The notes: a model not told the origin generated them from the letters alone. Shown: positions 38,210-50,846, counted from the first letter of the stretch. The stretch: 64,000 nucleotides of DNA from Raja brachyura (GCA_963514005.1 OY740814.1:18538001-18602000); one strand, 5' to 3'. Program-made: numbers and translations.

Positions 38210-38963
38210 GTACAAGACATCGGCCTCACTTGGAGTATTGTGTTCAGTTTTGAGTGATACTTATTATCACATGTGACTTGTTTTGGCCGACCTGTTCTAA
38301 GAAGGAGTACAGAGATGGTTTACACAAGGTTGCCATGACTTGAGGGCCTATGCTATAAGAGTTTGGGCAGGTTAGGTCTTTATTCCTTGGTGCACAGTTC
38401 GCTGAGGGGTGATCTTATAGAGGTGTATAAAATCATGAGGGAAATTGACAGAGTGAATGCACAGCCATTTTCTCAGGCTCGGGGGAATTAAGGACTAGGT
38501 GGCATATGTACAAGGTGAGACGGGAAAGGGTCAACACTAACCTGAGAGGCATCCTTTTCACACAGAGGGTGGTGGGCATGTGGAACAAGCTGCCCATGGA
38601 AGGATTTTGGAAAGAACTGCAGATGCTGATTTAAATCGAAGGTAGACACAAAATGCTGGAGTAACTCAGCGGGACAGGCAGCATCTCTGGAGGGAAGGAA
38701 TCAGTCTGAAGGAGGGTCTCGACCCGAAACGTCACCCATTCCTTCTCTCCAGAGATGCTGCCTGTCTCGCAGAGTTACTCCAGCATTTTGTGTCTGCCCA
38801 AGGAAGTAGTTGAGGCAGGCACAATAACATTCAAAACATTTGGACAGGTTGGACAGGAAGTCTTTTGAGGGATATGACCCATACATGTTCAAATGAGATG
38901 AGCTTAGATAGGGCATCTTGGTCGGCAAGAAGGCCTTGTTACTGTATTCTGACTCTATGCCAC
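38210..38963 (+). mobile_element. HER1/CR1 LINE 3' end with nested PLE hairpin
   Basis: RPHLEYCVQF, LRGDLIEVYKIMR and tail CTGTATTCTGACTCTATG; insertion at about 38603-38795. Confidence 0.85.
38610..38795. mobile_element. PLE-derived fold-back element: 58-bp arms enclosing a hammerhead-like motif
   Basis: Arms at 38644-38701 and 38738-38795; flanking CTGCCCA(T/A)GGAAG duplication. Confidence 0.88.
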
Positions 38964-40789
38964 TAAGACTCAATGATATTAAGACACGAGTCTTCCACTT
39001 TTACTCCGGGTCTGTGAAAAACCCATCGTAATGTTTTAAAATGTGAAGTGAGCTTTGTAAACCGCAATATAACATATAATTTAATCAATATTGGTGGGCA
39101 TCCTATTTTTTTTTTAGTGTTGCAACTGAGCCTTCTGCTGACAATGTGGAATGCTTTGTTAAATCCACTGCCGATAATAAGCAGAGAGATTTGATCTCTA
39201 CATGATGCAGGAGAAATATCACATTTCATTGATCGAGCAGACCTACATGCACACTACTTCAGGGGCGATGCTACTCACTCGCTGATATGGATGTGCCAGG
39301 TTAACTCTTGGGTTATGCCTGTCTTGTGGTAGCTCATCCTCAATCTAGTATTTAAGTAGGAGGTGAGGGCATTATGGTAGTAGATGTCCTTTGCCACATT
39401 TGAGGATTTCCATTATATTCAATTTGATGCAGTAATTTTGCCACCTGCATTGAGCCTGTCTCTTTCGTTTATCTTTCCCACAGTAGGGTTGATAACTCTG
39501 GCGTGACTCACAGAGTTGATAATTAGTTCAGTGATTAGCGGGTGGTGATTCTTTTTGAGTTTAGCCTTTTGTCTCTGCACGTTCTGGCTTTCATCACCAA
39601 TGGCATCAAAACCATTCAATGAACTAGTTTGTAGAAAACGTGGAACTATTATCTCCCCTCGGGAACATTGCCTACCTGGTGCATTCAAAAAGGAAGCCAG
39701 CGGAGAGGATGAAAGCAATGCTTTAATTAGCTAAAGCAAATGCTGCACCAATCAGTTTTCGATCAGTCTTTGTGATGCACTAACACAAACCGCCTCGGGC
39801 CCCACTATCTGAAGCTTACGCCTCTCAAATGGAGCATTGGTGAAGTCATCACAGCAGATTAATTTGGAGAAAAAAAATTCTATTATATAGGCAAATGGAT
39901 TTATTGTTCAGCAATGACCAATTTGTTGTTTTACTACTGCAGGCTCTGCAATAACTATTGTAGAAAGCTGTGAGAAGGTAGGTAGACAGGTTGCCAACTA
40001 ATGTGTTTAATGTTTTGAAAAGAAGCACACCAGAACGCAAGTCCTGTAATTCCATCATCACTATCATTCTAATTATGGCAGGAACATGCACCATTTTCCA
40101 TTTGAGCTATCTCCACAAATCTGTTTACTTCAACCACGAAGGTTGGCATGAAATGTGAACATCTGGCCCATTCCACCAGGTGCCATAATTCAGGACTGAT
40201 GCCGTTTCAATATTTACATGAGCTTAATTTAATTTTTAACTTGTATTATTTAATTCTTCCAGAAAATGCTTAGAGGCCAGTGATGATGTGAATTCCGCTT
40301 TTTACAACCAAATCCCAAAATGCCAGCAGTTTGTTTGAGTAACCTGGCAGGTATTTATTTGCTGGAGGCACGAGGGAATATCTCTTCCCAAAGGAGGCCT
40401 TTCTAATCAATTGTTTATGCTAACGCCTGTGCCATAAAGCAAAGGACTTGATGAATAATCTACAAGGTGACTCCATTTACAAAATTGTGCCAAAATATTT
40501 TCCGATCTATTTTGAATTTTCTATAATGATAGGATTGATTCAATGATTTTAATTGGAGAGTCTGAGTATTCCGGTGGGATAAAGAAATCAATGCACTTAA
40601 GCCACTTAGTTGCAGAAGTAAATTTGCATCCTTTTTCTTCTGCCAGTTTGTCGACCGGTTTATTAGCTTGCTAAAAATCAGTTCACAGTGTACTTGGAAC
40701 ATGCAGAAAAGTGAATATTACCAAATAGTAGCAGCATTACCTAATTTTGCATGGGACAGTGAAAAGTATTTTGTAGCATTTAAAATGTA

Positions 40790-42200
40790 GCATTGAGGCT
40801 GATAAAATGTGAAGACGGTAATGGAGTATACTGTTGATGTGAGGGGAGTTGACTATGATTCATTGACAAATGTAAGGCAGTAGACAGGCAGTGGTTAGCA
40901 CTTAAAGAAAAAGCATATGAATTGTAAAAGAAATATGTTCCTTCAAGGGCCAAAAACCCATAAGGGAAAGTGGTTCTTCCATACCGCATGGGTTAAATTA
41001 GAGTACTAAATCAAAAGAGACTTGTGAAGTCACCTGAAATTTCAGTACATCTGAGATTGGGAGCATTTTAGAACTTGGCAAAAGAAATAAAGGCATATAG
41101 AATGCAAGATAGATTAGTGAGAAGCATAATAACACTCAATGAGGTTTTATGGGTACGTAAAAAAAAACCCACATTTAAAATAAAGAAGGATAAAGTGAGG
41201 CTAGGTAGAGCAAATATGGCCCCCTTGTAGACAGGACAATTTATAATGAGAAATAAAGAAATGGTAAAGGCATTAAAAGAGATGAGATAATCTACATCCC
41301 ATAGCTATTTCACTAAAGTCACCCCATTCAGTGGATGTCTCAATTGTCAACTTTCAGTGTTCAATAGATTCTGGAATTGTTCCTGCGGGTTGGAGAGTAG
41401 CAAACGTGACCCCCAATATTTGAAAGAAGCATGAAGCAAATAGCTACTGACCTTGTTTGCCCAAAATCTTTGGGTGGGAAAGTACTTGAAATCTATAATA
41501 AAAGATAAAAACTACAGAACACCTTGAAAGTGATAAAGAGGTTAACGCAGGGTTAGCATGGATTTACAAATAGAAAATTGTGTTTGATTAATCTTTTGGA
41601 TTCTTTGAAGATGTGACCAGTGAAGCAGATATAAAGGAAACAGTGGATGGAGCATGCATAGAGCTTTGGGTGAACAAGGTTAGAGCATGTGGAGGAGAGA
41701 GAAATAAACAGGTTATCAGGCAGAGAGCAAAGTGGAAATAGATCTTTATTGGGTTCACAGGCTGTGACCAATGAGATTCTGAGGGGATTGTGGTTGGGCC
41801 CCAGCTATTTGTAATCTATATCAGTCACTTGTATTTCCAAGTTTGCGGCTACTTCTAAACTAGGCATGATAGTCAGTATGTAAGTAGGCTTTGGAGGAAA
41901 TGGTCAAACTGGGTAGGTGGGTGCACACATGGAAGATGGTATATAATGTGGGGAAAAAGTGAGCACAGCCATATTGAACAACTTCAAACAGTATTTGTCA
42001 ATGCTGACAGATTGTGTGGGACTGTGTTTCAAAGCCATTGCATGTAGGTACAGTAGGAGATTGGAAAGACAAACGGCATATTAACTTTTATAGCAGGAGG
42101 ATTTAGTTATAGGAGTAAGTTGCACCGGGCCTTGGTGAGACTGCGATGAGAATATTGCCTGTTTTTTTGTATTCTTCCCTTTGAAAGGATTGAATGGAAT
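40790..42200 (+). mobile_element. Degraded CR1 LINE ORF2
   Basis: RLGRANMAPL..FIMRNKEMV, FQCSIDSGIVPAGWRVANVTP and QHGF-like motifs. Confidence 0.8.
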
Positions 42201-42251
42201 GAAACTGTGGACTTGAGGTCAGTAGGCCAGGGGAATTGAGGGATGTGAATT

Positions 42252-42342
42252 CAGACTGAAGAAGGGTCTCAACCCGAAACGTCTCCCCTTCCTTCTCTCC
42301 AGAGATGCTGCCTGTACCGCTGAGTTACTCCAGCACTTTGTA
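42252..42342 (+). ncRNA. Minimal hammerhead motif in a PLE repeat
   Basis: GA-CTGAAGA-A-GGGT(CTCA)ACCC-GAAA-CGTC^-TC; core intact. Confidence 0.7.
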
Positions 42343-42359
42343 CCCAACTTCGAACCAAG

Positions 42360-42552
42360 CATACCAAATGTCTATCTACTTGTGCTGCCACTTTCAAGGA
42401 GTTATAGACTTGGACTAAAAGATCCCTCTGTACGTCAATGCTTTTAAGAGCCTTGCCATTAATTATGTATTTTCCCTTTACATTTGACCTCTCAAAGTGC
42501 AACACCTCACACCTATTCGGGTAAAACTCCATCTGCCCTTTCTCAGCCATTT
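42360..42552 (-). mobile_element. CR1/HER1 RT fragment
   Basis: QMEFYPNRCEVLHFERSN...QRDL.VQV..SLKVAAQVD. Confidence 0.85.
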
Positions 42553-44963
42553 GTCTGTTCCAACTTTTATTTAAAAAGTAATTTGAACTAAAATGTTAAC
42601 TCCTCTTCACAGATGCTGCCTGACATGCTGAGTATCTCCAGTATTTTCTGATTTTGAGTTCCAGCATCTGCAGCTTTCAGTACAATATAATGATGTCCTC
42701 TTTGCTCAACGCTGATGTGTGGCGTACCTTGAAGTATCTTTTGTTAGATTGAATCAATGCAGTTCACACTTAAACTTTAGAACTACTCTTGAGTATAGGA
42801 GAACAGAAGGCAAAATTACACATCAGTATTCAAGCAATAATAAGAAAGAACGTTATTGAAAATTCGAATGTAAAAATAAAATTGTGGAATTGGTATGTGA
42901 CAGACAGTTGGCTTGCTTAGTTATAGAATTTATTGCTGAATACTGACCTGTTTCAGTTTCCCATCTGTATGGAACTGTTAAGTGTGAGGTTATTTTTAAA
43001 TCTATGGTTCCTGCTGCACTACAGTTAAAAGAATGGTATTCAAGTTGGAAATGCCATTGTAATTTTAATCTTGCCCTTTGCACCTTTCTCACAAACGTTT
43101 GCTCTTGGTTACTTGCCAGTTTGGCTTGGGATTTGATTCATGAAGTGACTGCAACTCTTGTACGCTGCAACAGTGAAGACTGCCATTGGGATGCTTAATG
43201 TTGCAGCAAGGGTATTGCAGTGACGTGTTCCTTTGATTATCTTGAATTACCATTGATATTCAGCGAATATCAATCATAAGAGCCCATTACTGATTGTCCC
43301 TTTCTGCATTATTGTTTGGCTGATTTAATTGTCCTAAAACCACCAAAGTAATATAGCATATTAGATTGGAGTTGAGTCTAATGCATTTTTTCTAAAGAAA
43401 GATGCTTGATTGTAGTAAATGAAAACTAAATTGGCAGGCATGCTGACTACTTTAGTTTGAGGTTTACATTGGAGGTTGGGGATTATTGAGGAAGCTAAAT
43501 TTTTGCAGCGCCAAAATTAACAAGCAACATTATGATGAATACAATAATGGCAGCTAAAGGTGGTGGATCCCAGAGTTGTAAAGGACTTAGATAGAGCATA
43601 TGAGATGCTTCAACTACAATCTTATCAAACTCTTGAACCAAGATCTATTCCTATTCATATTAGACAATTGTAGTAATTCAGCAAGAAAGATATTGGTTGT
43701 GTGGGGGGGGGGGGGGGGGAGGGGAAGGGAAGGGAAGAGAACCAAGAAGTTATAGACATGTTGCCCCAAAATCTTTTGTCAATAAATTAAAGTCTCGAGA
43801 TGCACCTTAAAGATCTTCTAGTCATCAAATTTTAATAAAAGTGTGGAATTGTAAAACGAAAGTCTGACATTTTAAAAATGAAATGGGGAATGTCCACAGA
43901 TATAATTTGTGTTGACTTCTAGATTGCCTTGGATAAAGTCCCTGGTACAAGAATGTTTGCTGTAACTCATCAACAATAGCAATGTATAGTTTACTGATAA
44001 CTAACATTTTAGAGTTTAGAAAAAATTGAGTTTGGGAACAGAAACAACATGATTTATTGCATGGCAAAATGGGCTTGAAGGTTTAAGTAGCCAACGTTGC
44101 AAACTTAGGAATGAAACTGAAACTTTTCTCAACTGTGATTTATTTCTGTCCCGTATGCGATGATTGGCTGCAACTGGACCATTGGTTTTTGTCTATGTAA
44201 ACATTAGAAGTACAAGATCAAGTACAGAAAGTGCTTCACAATTTGCAGTTGGCAGAATTAGAGATATGATAGTTTGTAGTTATAAATACTGAAGTAGTAT
44301 TCTAGAAAACTGAATTCATGATACAGCAGTGAATCACATCCAACCATGGCAGCTGTGAAGATTATATTTCATGCATCTGGAATGAGCTAGTTTCAGTAAT
44401 GTCGACCTTTATCATACATGGTTGTGTAGGACAATGGTAAGTTCAGCTTAATAGTAAGTAACCAGTATATCCTGCTATATATCCGGATTGTCATAAAAAT
44501 GTCTGATAATTTCCTGTTCTCAACTGTCCCGTAATAGCTCTCCGAGGCACTCTCTTTAAGGACAATTTAAGTGGAGAGCAAATGTTAGCTTCACCAATGT
44601 CTTGTAAATGAATAATTAATTTTTGGGGTGTTTATGGCAATATTAAGCTTATTGGATTTTTTTAAAATTAAAATGTATCCTGTTGTATAATTCTGCTTAT
44701 TAAATTCTTCACATAGCTCATTGTATAAATTGCTCATTGTATAAATGTAGAGAAGTAAGTGATATTAAGACCAAAGATGGCCCAGCTTGCATTGAACGAT
44801 TCTTCATTGCAGGTTAAAGTTTAGAAATGGCCGTGATCTGGCAAATTCCTAGAAATTCAAATATTGCTAATAGTTGAGTAGCTTCTAGATAGTTCCAAAC
44901 GGGTTAGTAATGATAGTTGGAGGGAATAACTTCATTGATCTGTGAATTATTTTCATAAAACAG

Positions 44964-45094
44964 ATTATTCATGGAAATCCTCAGTTGTTGCACGGACTGC
45001 GATGAGATTCAGTTTAAGGAAGACGGGGCGTGGTCACCGATGAGAACGAAGAAAGAAGTTCAGGAAGTGAATTCTTCTTATAATGGAGTGGATG
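44964..45094 (+). CDS. PIAS1: PIAS1 exon 10 equivalent
   Basis: aaacag|A...GAT G|gtacgt; encodes (G)LFMEILSCCTDCDEIQFKEDGAWSPMRTKKEVQEVNSSYNGVD; 131 bp. Confidence 0.97.
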
Positions 45095-45911
45095 GTACGT
45101 ACTTTAGGTGAACAAATATGCAGACGTAGATACAAAGAACAAAGGAGGAGCCGGGGGGGGGGAGGAGAGAGGACAAAGGAGGACCTTGGGTATGGAAACA
45201 TAGAATTTCACTGACGTGGCAATAAAGTAAATAAAGTATCCATTCATTCATATCAAGGAGTGAAGGTAAATTATAAAATAATAATGACATTAAATCTTAT
45301 GCTGGAGAAGGATTCTGTTGTCTAAATCACGTGGGATGATAACTAAAGTGAAAGGCACCCCATCTTACATTCCTGCAGATGAACAAAAACTGCTATAATA
45401 ATCCACCCAGGAAACAAGCTAAATGTTAAGCCAGCCTTGGATTGAAATGAAACAAAATGCAGGGAATATTAAAGTGCAGAAGACACTTATAACAAATTAT
45501 AGTGAAGCCAACTGTGGCTGATATATCGTGCACTTCAATAATTTACAGCAATGTTTGTGAAACTGCATCCCAGAATGAGTGCAAACACAAAAAATAAAAG
45601 TGATTACCTGATAAAGATTGTGTTCCTCAATCTCTGATTTTCATTGCAGTTTCAAATCGTAGAAGAGTTTGTTATTATTACATGAGATTCAAATAACAAT
45701 CATATTGTGTTTTGGAAGTTCATTACATTTTGTTTGAGAGCCAGATCTGTTGTTGGAGAAAGCCCACAACGGGAATAGACCTGCCCAAAGATGAAAGTGG
45801 CATATATACCGGGAAAAGTGAATATTTATCAAAATCATCGGTGCCTATTTGCCGACAATTAAATATCTTTGTTTCAACAAAAAATATGGACTGTTTTAAT
45901 TTATTTGTTAG

Positions 45912-46074
45912 GTGCATGCCCAAGCTTATCCGACCAGAGACATTCGTCACAAAATAGTAGGAAAGTTGAAGTGATTGATCTGACACTCGACAGTTCATCA
46001 GAAGAAGAAGATGATGAGCCACCGGCAAAGAGATACCCAGCAATTTCTTCTCCGTCACCGCCCATTAACAAAGG
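45912..46074 (+). CDS. PIAS1: PIAS1 exon 11 equivalent (SUMO-interacting motif and acidic tract)
   Basis: ttgttag|GT...GG|gtaagc; encodes (G)ACPSLSDQRHSSQNSRKVEVIDLTLDSSSEEEDDEPPAKRYPAISSPSPPINK(G); 163 bp. Confidence 0.95.
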
Positions 46075-46984
46075 GTAAGCTTTGGGAGGGATCTCCGCCT
46101 TGTGATGCTTTTTATAGATTTGAAATGAGTTTGTACTGTGGGGAAAAAAACTCCATTGCAAATTGAAAGCTGGAAATGCATGCAAAAAAAATATTTTTTT
46201 CCTTTTCAAATACGGATTGCTGCTGCATGCAGTGTTCATTATCCCCCTCCACACAGGGATTCTCTTCCACTTGGTTTTATTAGTCTTTCCAAAGCTTAAG
46301 GACTTTGTTCCTGTATGCATTTGTCATTCCTATTTAGAGCATCTTGGAACACTTTACTGTATATATGTCAATTGCAGTCTGCTGTTTCTGTAATTAAAGT
46401 GATTGCAGCAAAATTATCCGCGTGTTAAGCTTAACTGCTGATAATTAGGGGTTTTCTTTCTCCACTCAAACTCCAAGGCACTGACATTTGGTGTTAACCA
46501 TTACTAACTTGATTTTCCTAAAATGTGTCCTTAATTTTCCCTCGTCTCCTCCCAGCAGGGTACTTTGCTGTGACATAACTCCATGCTATCTGTTCAAATG
46601 AGTTGTGTAAATCCAGGCAATAATTGCATGACGTTTATAAAAGAAGGCTCTTTGATTTTTTTAAATCTAACTGCAGTGAAAATGTTTAAACATATGCATA
46701 TATGTAATGTTGTTTAAATTAAAGATGATCAAACAATCCGGCTGCATCTTTAGTCATCTAATTTAACCTTTGCTGAAAGCACTTGAAAAAAATCAAAAGC
46801 TTTCCAAAAGAAGGCTCTAATCAGTTACGTCAGCCATAAAGATTATACTTGTAGGACAACTTCATAGCCACGACTGAAGCACACACAGTAACATTTTTTT
46901 GCTCCTGGTTTTCGGAAAATAGAATCACACAGCAATACAGCACAGAAATAAGTCCGAATAGTCCAAATAGAAATAAGTCCGAAT

Positions 46985-47111
46985 GTCTGAAGAAGGGTTT
47001 CGGCCCGAACCGTTGCCTATTTCCTTCGCTCCATAGATACTGCTGCACCCGCTGAGTTTCTCCAGCACTTTTGCCTACCTTCGATTTTCCAGCATCTGCA
47101 GTTCCTTCTTA
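46985..47111 (+). mobile_element. PLE hammerhead repeat inserted into a minus-strand HER1 tail (about 46925-47400)
   Basis: GTCTGAAGAAGGGTTTCGGCCCGAACCGTTGCC...CAGCATCTGCAGTTCCTTC. Confidence 0.8.
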
Positions 47112-47609
47112 AACGGAAATGAGTCCCTCAGCCCATCTTATATGTGCCAACCAAGTTGCTTACTAGTCTAGTGTTATTTGTCTGCTTTTGACCCATATCC
47201 CTCAGAACCGTTTCTATCAGTATGCCCGTTCAAGCATATTTATCCATTGTAAAACGATTGTACCCATCTTTACTACTTCCTCTGGCAGTTCATCCCACAT
47301 ACCCACCACCCTCTGTGTTGGGATGAAGGTTTTGCCTCGAGTCCCCTTAACTCTCCCTCTCTCCACCCCCTGCACCCCCACCTTCACCTTAAATCTATAT
47401 GGTCTTCACCACTGTACAGGAACCTTCTCTGCTGGAACTACCACCCTATTGGTGTTCTTTCAGAGGCACCACTGGGTCCTTTGACACCATGATCAAGTGA
47501 CCTCTCATACACTGACTGGATAGTTGTGTTTATGGTCAGACTAACTTTCAAGTTTATATAGTTGAACAGAGGTCACTAATAGACTACAGAAAGCCAAAGT
47601 GCTGATATT

Positions 47610-48520
47610 AGTATGGTATTAGCTGGTATTATATAAATGACTTGGATATAAATGTAAATGAACTGGTGAGTAAATTTGCTGACGACATCAAAATTGGACG
47701 AGTTGCAGTCAGTGAGGAAGTCTGTCAGAAGATACAGTGGGATATAGATCAGCTGCAGAAGTGGACAGAGAAGCGGTAAATGGAGTTTAACCCAAACAAG
47801 GGCAAGGTAGCGCACTTTGAGGTTGAATGTAAGGGGAAAGTACATAGTCAATGGCAAGACCCTTAACACCCTTGATGTGCAGAGGGATCTTGGAGTTCCA
47901 AGTTCATAACTCACAGCACAAGGAGATAGCTGATATAGAAGGCAATTGTTATGTTTGCCTTCATTGCTAGGGGCATTGAAATTAAGAGTAAGGAAGTTAT
48001 GATGCAGTCTATAGGACTTTGGATTGGCTGCATTTGGAATATTGCATGCAGTCCTGGTATCCCATTAGATGTGGAGATTTGGAGAGGCTGTAGAGGTGCT
48101 TTATCAGAATGCTGCTTGGATTAGATGGTTTCATCTGCAGTTTTGGATTGTTTTCTCTGGAGATTGAGGCTAGACGATAGAATTATATAAAGTTATGAGG
48201 CCAGAACCCTTTTCCCCATGATGGAAATGTCCAACACTGGAGGATATAGCTACAAGGTGAGAGGGGGAAAGTTTAATAGAGATGTGCAGAGCAAGTTTTT
48301 TGGGGGGTTTTTTTACATCGTGGAACGCATTGCCTGGGGTAGTGGTGGAGGCAGACATGAGAGTGGTATTTAAGAGGCTTTTAGCTAGGCACTTGGAAGT
48401 GCAGGGAATAGTGGGATTTGGATTGTGTACATGCAGATGAGATCAGTTTAACATGGAATCATATTCGCCATAAACATTGTGGGTTAATGGTCCCGTTCCT
48501 GTACTGTTCAGTGTTTGTTC
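47610..48520 (+). mobile_element. HER1/CR1 LINE 3' about 900 bp
   Basis: VSKFADDIKIG..QWDIDQLQKW..MEFNPNK, then the tail. Confidence 0.88.
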
Positions 48521-48595
48521 TTTAATCTATTTCATCAGTCTTGTTTGTTGTCTTTTGTATAAATTGACCTTGGTTTTCGGCTTTCTTTCATGTAG

Positions 48596-48735
48596 GGTTT
48601 TAAATCTGCACCATCAGACATCACCAGTCACGAGAACTCCCAGCATACCTACTCTGGACACAAACTTTATTTCTGCTCCTTTTCAAGACTACCGTCATTC
48701 TTACCATTTACCGACGCTGCCGTATGAATTACAAG
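48596..48735 (+). CDS. PIAS1: PIAS1 exon 12 equivalent
   Basis: tgtag|G...CAA G|gtaagc; encodes (G)VLNLHHQTSPVTRTPSIPTLDTNFISAPFQDYRHSYHLPTLPYELQ; 140 bp. Confidence 0.95.
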
Positions 48736-49099
48736 GTAAGCTGCTTGTGGCAAGGTGTGATTGCTGTTGAACAAATGAACACCATTTAATGAAAAGTCAA
48801 TAATGGAATGAATGTCTGCTCAGAACGTGCTCCATTTTATTGACGTCTCTGTGCAACTTCAATTTTGTTTTTCATTGAAGCCAACAAAGGAGCAAAATCA
48901 TTTTTGTTTGCACGTTGGTGTGATTCTTTGAAATATTTTGTTTGAAGTCATAAAATGGAGGTGTCCGATTTCTCCCTCCCCTAAAGCCATTAGCTTGGCG
49001 CAATGATTGGTCATATGGACATTCATCTATGACTATGGCCTGCACCCGAAAAATGACCCAATCCCTTTCCCAGATGCTGTATTGTTAACCAACACCATA

Positions 49100-49380
49100 T
49101 TTAGTTTAGTTTAGAGATACAGCACGGAAACGGGCCCTTCAACCCACCAAGCCCGCACCAATCAGTGATCCCCGGACACCAACGCCATCCTATAATTTTA
49201 CAATTATATCGCCAATTAACCTCAAACCTGTACGTCTCTGGAGTGTGGGAGGAAACTGGAGTTTCCTGGAGAAAACCCATGCAGGTCATGAGGAGAAGGT
49301 GCAAACTCTACAGATAAGCAACCATAGTCAGGTCTCTGGCGCTGTAAGGTAGCCACTCTATCACTGTGCAGGCCATGCCA
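49100..49380 (-). mobile_element. HE1-like V-SINE
   Basis: (TAAAC)n tail, V-domain and head. Confidence 0.9.
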
Positions 49381-49407
49381 ACAATATATTGTGTATAGTA
49401 TTACTGA

Positions 49408-49910
49408 TACATAGAACAGTACAGCACAAGAGCAGGCCGTTCGGCCCAGTAATGTCTGCTGAACATGATGCATCTCTTATCTACCTACACATAACCCATA
49501 TCCCTCTATTCCCTGCATATCCATAGTCCTATCCAAAAGTCTCTTAAATACCCAAACAACGTATCTGCCTCGACCACACTCCTAGCAGCGCAACCAGGTA
49601 CTCCACACCCTCTATAAAAATAAAAAAAAATGTGCCCCACACATCTTTAAACTTAGTTCCTCTCACCTTAAAGATATGACCTCCAGTATATATATTTTCC
49701 ATCCTGGGAAAAAGGTTCTGATTGTCTACCCTATCTATGCCTCTCGTAATGGTATATACCTCTATCAGGTCTCCCTGCAAACTGGCATACCAGAGAAAAC
49801 AGTCATTATGGTCAGCATACAAAGACTTTGCATCCTTCCTGTATTGGGGCAACCAGAACCTCACGCAATACTCCAAATGTGGCCTAGCCAAAGTCCTATC
49901 AATCTGCATC
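49408..49910 (-). mobile_element. HER1/CR1 LINE 3' end
   Basis: RTLARPHLEYCVRFWLPQYRKD..LQGDLIEVY..RGIDRVD..LFP. Confidence 0.9.
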
Positions 49911-50067
49911 GAGTTACATAAATGCTAAACCTTGTAATTTTCAAACTACTTAGTAAATAACTATTGTATATTTTCCAATATGGTTTTGTTCTCTCACTTC
50001 AATTTAAATTGTCAACCTGTTCCAAAATGTTGTTGCCAAAAACCATCTCGTAATCTCTGATCCCTAA

Positions 50068-50200
50068 CTAGTCTGAAGAAGGGTCTCGACCTGAAACATC
50101 ACCCATTCCTTCTCTCCAGAGATGCTGCCTGTCCCACTGAGTTTACTCCTGCTTTTTGTGTCTTTCTTCAGTTTAAACCAGCAACTGCCGTTCCTTCCCA
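50068..50200 (+). mobile_element. PLE hammerhead repeat
   Basis: GT-CTGAAGA-AGGGTCTCGACCT-GAAA-CATC-ACC followed by the family 3' segment. Confidence 0.82.
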
Positions 50201-50411
50201 CTCATAACCCCAGTAACAAGAGCACAGTAAACATGTGGCTGTGTTTTGTGGGTTGCTCTCTTGCAATTGGACCTAAACCTCATAGTTACTTGATCACGTT
50301 CTCTGATTAATGGTGATGGCGTTTGATTACCAATGAAACCTGGAGTCCACATTTATTCGAGTTTGTGCACATTTGACTTGTTTTTTCTAATATTTTCCTT
50401 TCTTTGAACAG

Positions 50412-50449
50412 GTTTAGATCTATTTCCCTTCCTGCAAGGGGACAATCAG
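50412..50449 (+). CDS. PIAS1: PIAS1 exon 13 equivalent (38-bp exon)
   Basis: Polypyrimidine tract, then aacag|GT...CAG|gtatgt; encodes (G)LDLFPFLQGDNQ versus recalled human GLDFFPFLSGDNQ. Confidence 0.94.
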
Positions 50450-50719
50450 GTATGTAACATGCCAAGAAGCACTTTTGCCATTGAAACCTTATTTTAATCA
50501 TAAATGTATCAATGATTTCTCAGAGGCTTCAGCAGATTTTGATTTGTTTAAGTTTATCTTAGACAATTTGTTAATGATATATTTTATAAGGACATCTCAG
50601 TATAAATCTAGGCACTTCCATATGCAGCCCAACATTTCAAAACAAGAGTTAGATTCAAATAATTTTGCACTATGTTTGAAGTAAGTAGAAACAAATGTTG
50701 ATTGGGAGACCTGACTAAC

Positions 50720-50846
50720 CTGGAGAACATGGATAGGTGGCGTTTTGGTTCGGGGGACTGATGAAGGGTCGTGGCCTGAAATGTCACCTATCCATGTTCT
50801 ACAGATGCTGCCTGACCTGCTGAGTTACTCCTGCATTTTGTGTCTC
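50720..50846. mobile_element. Inverted PLE repeat pair with a CTGATGA hammerhead motif
   Basis: GAACATGGATAGGTG / CACCTATCCATGTTC arms around CTGATGAAGGGTCGTGGCCTGAAATGTC. Confidence 0.78.
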
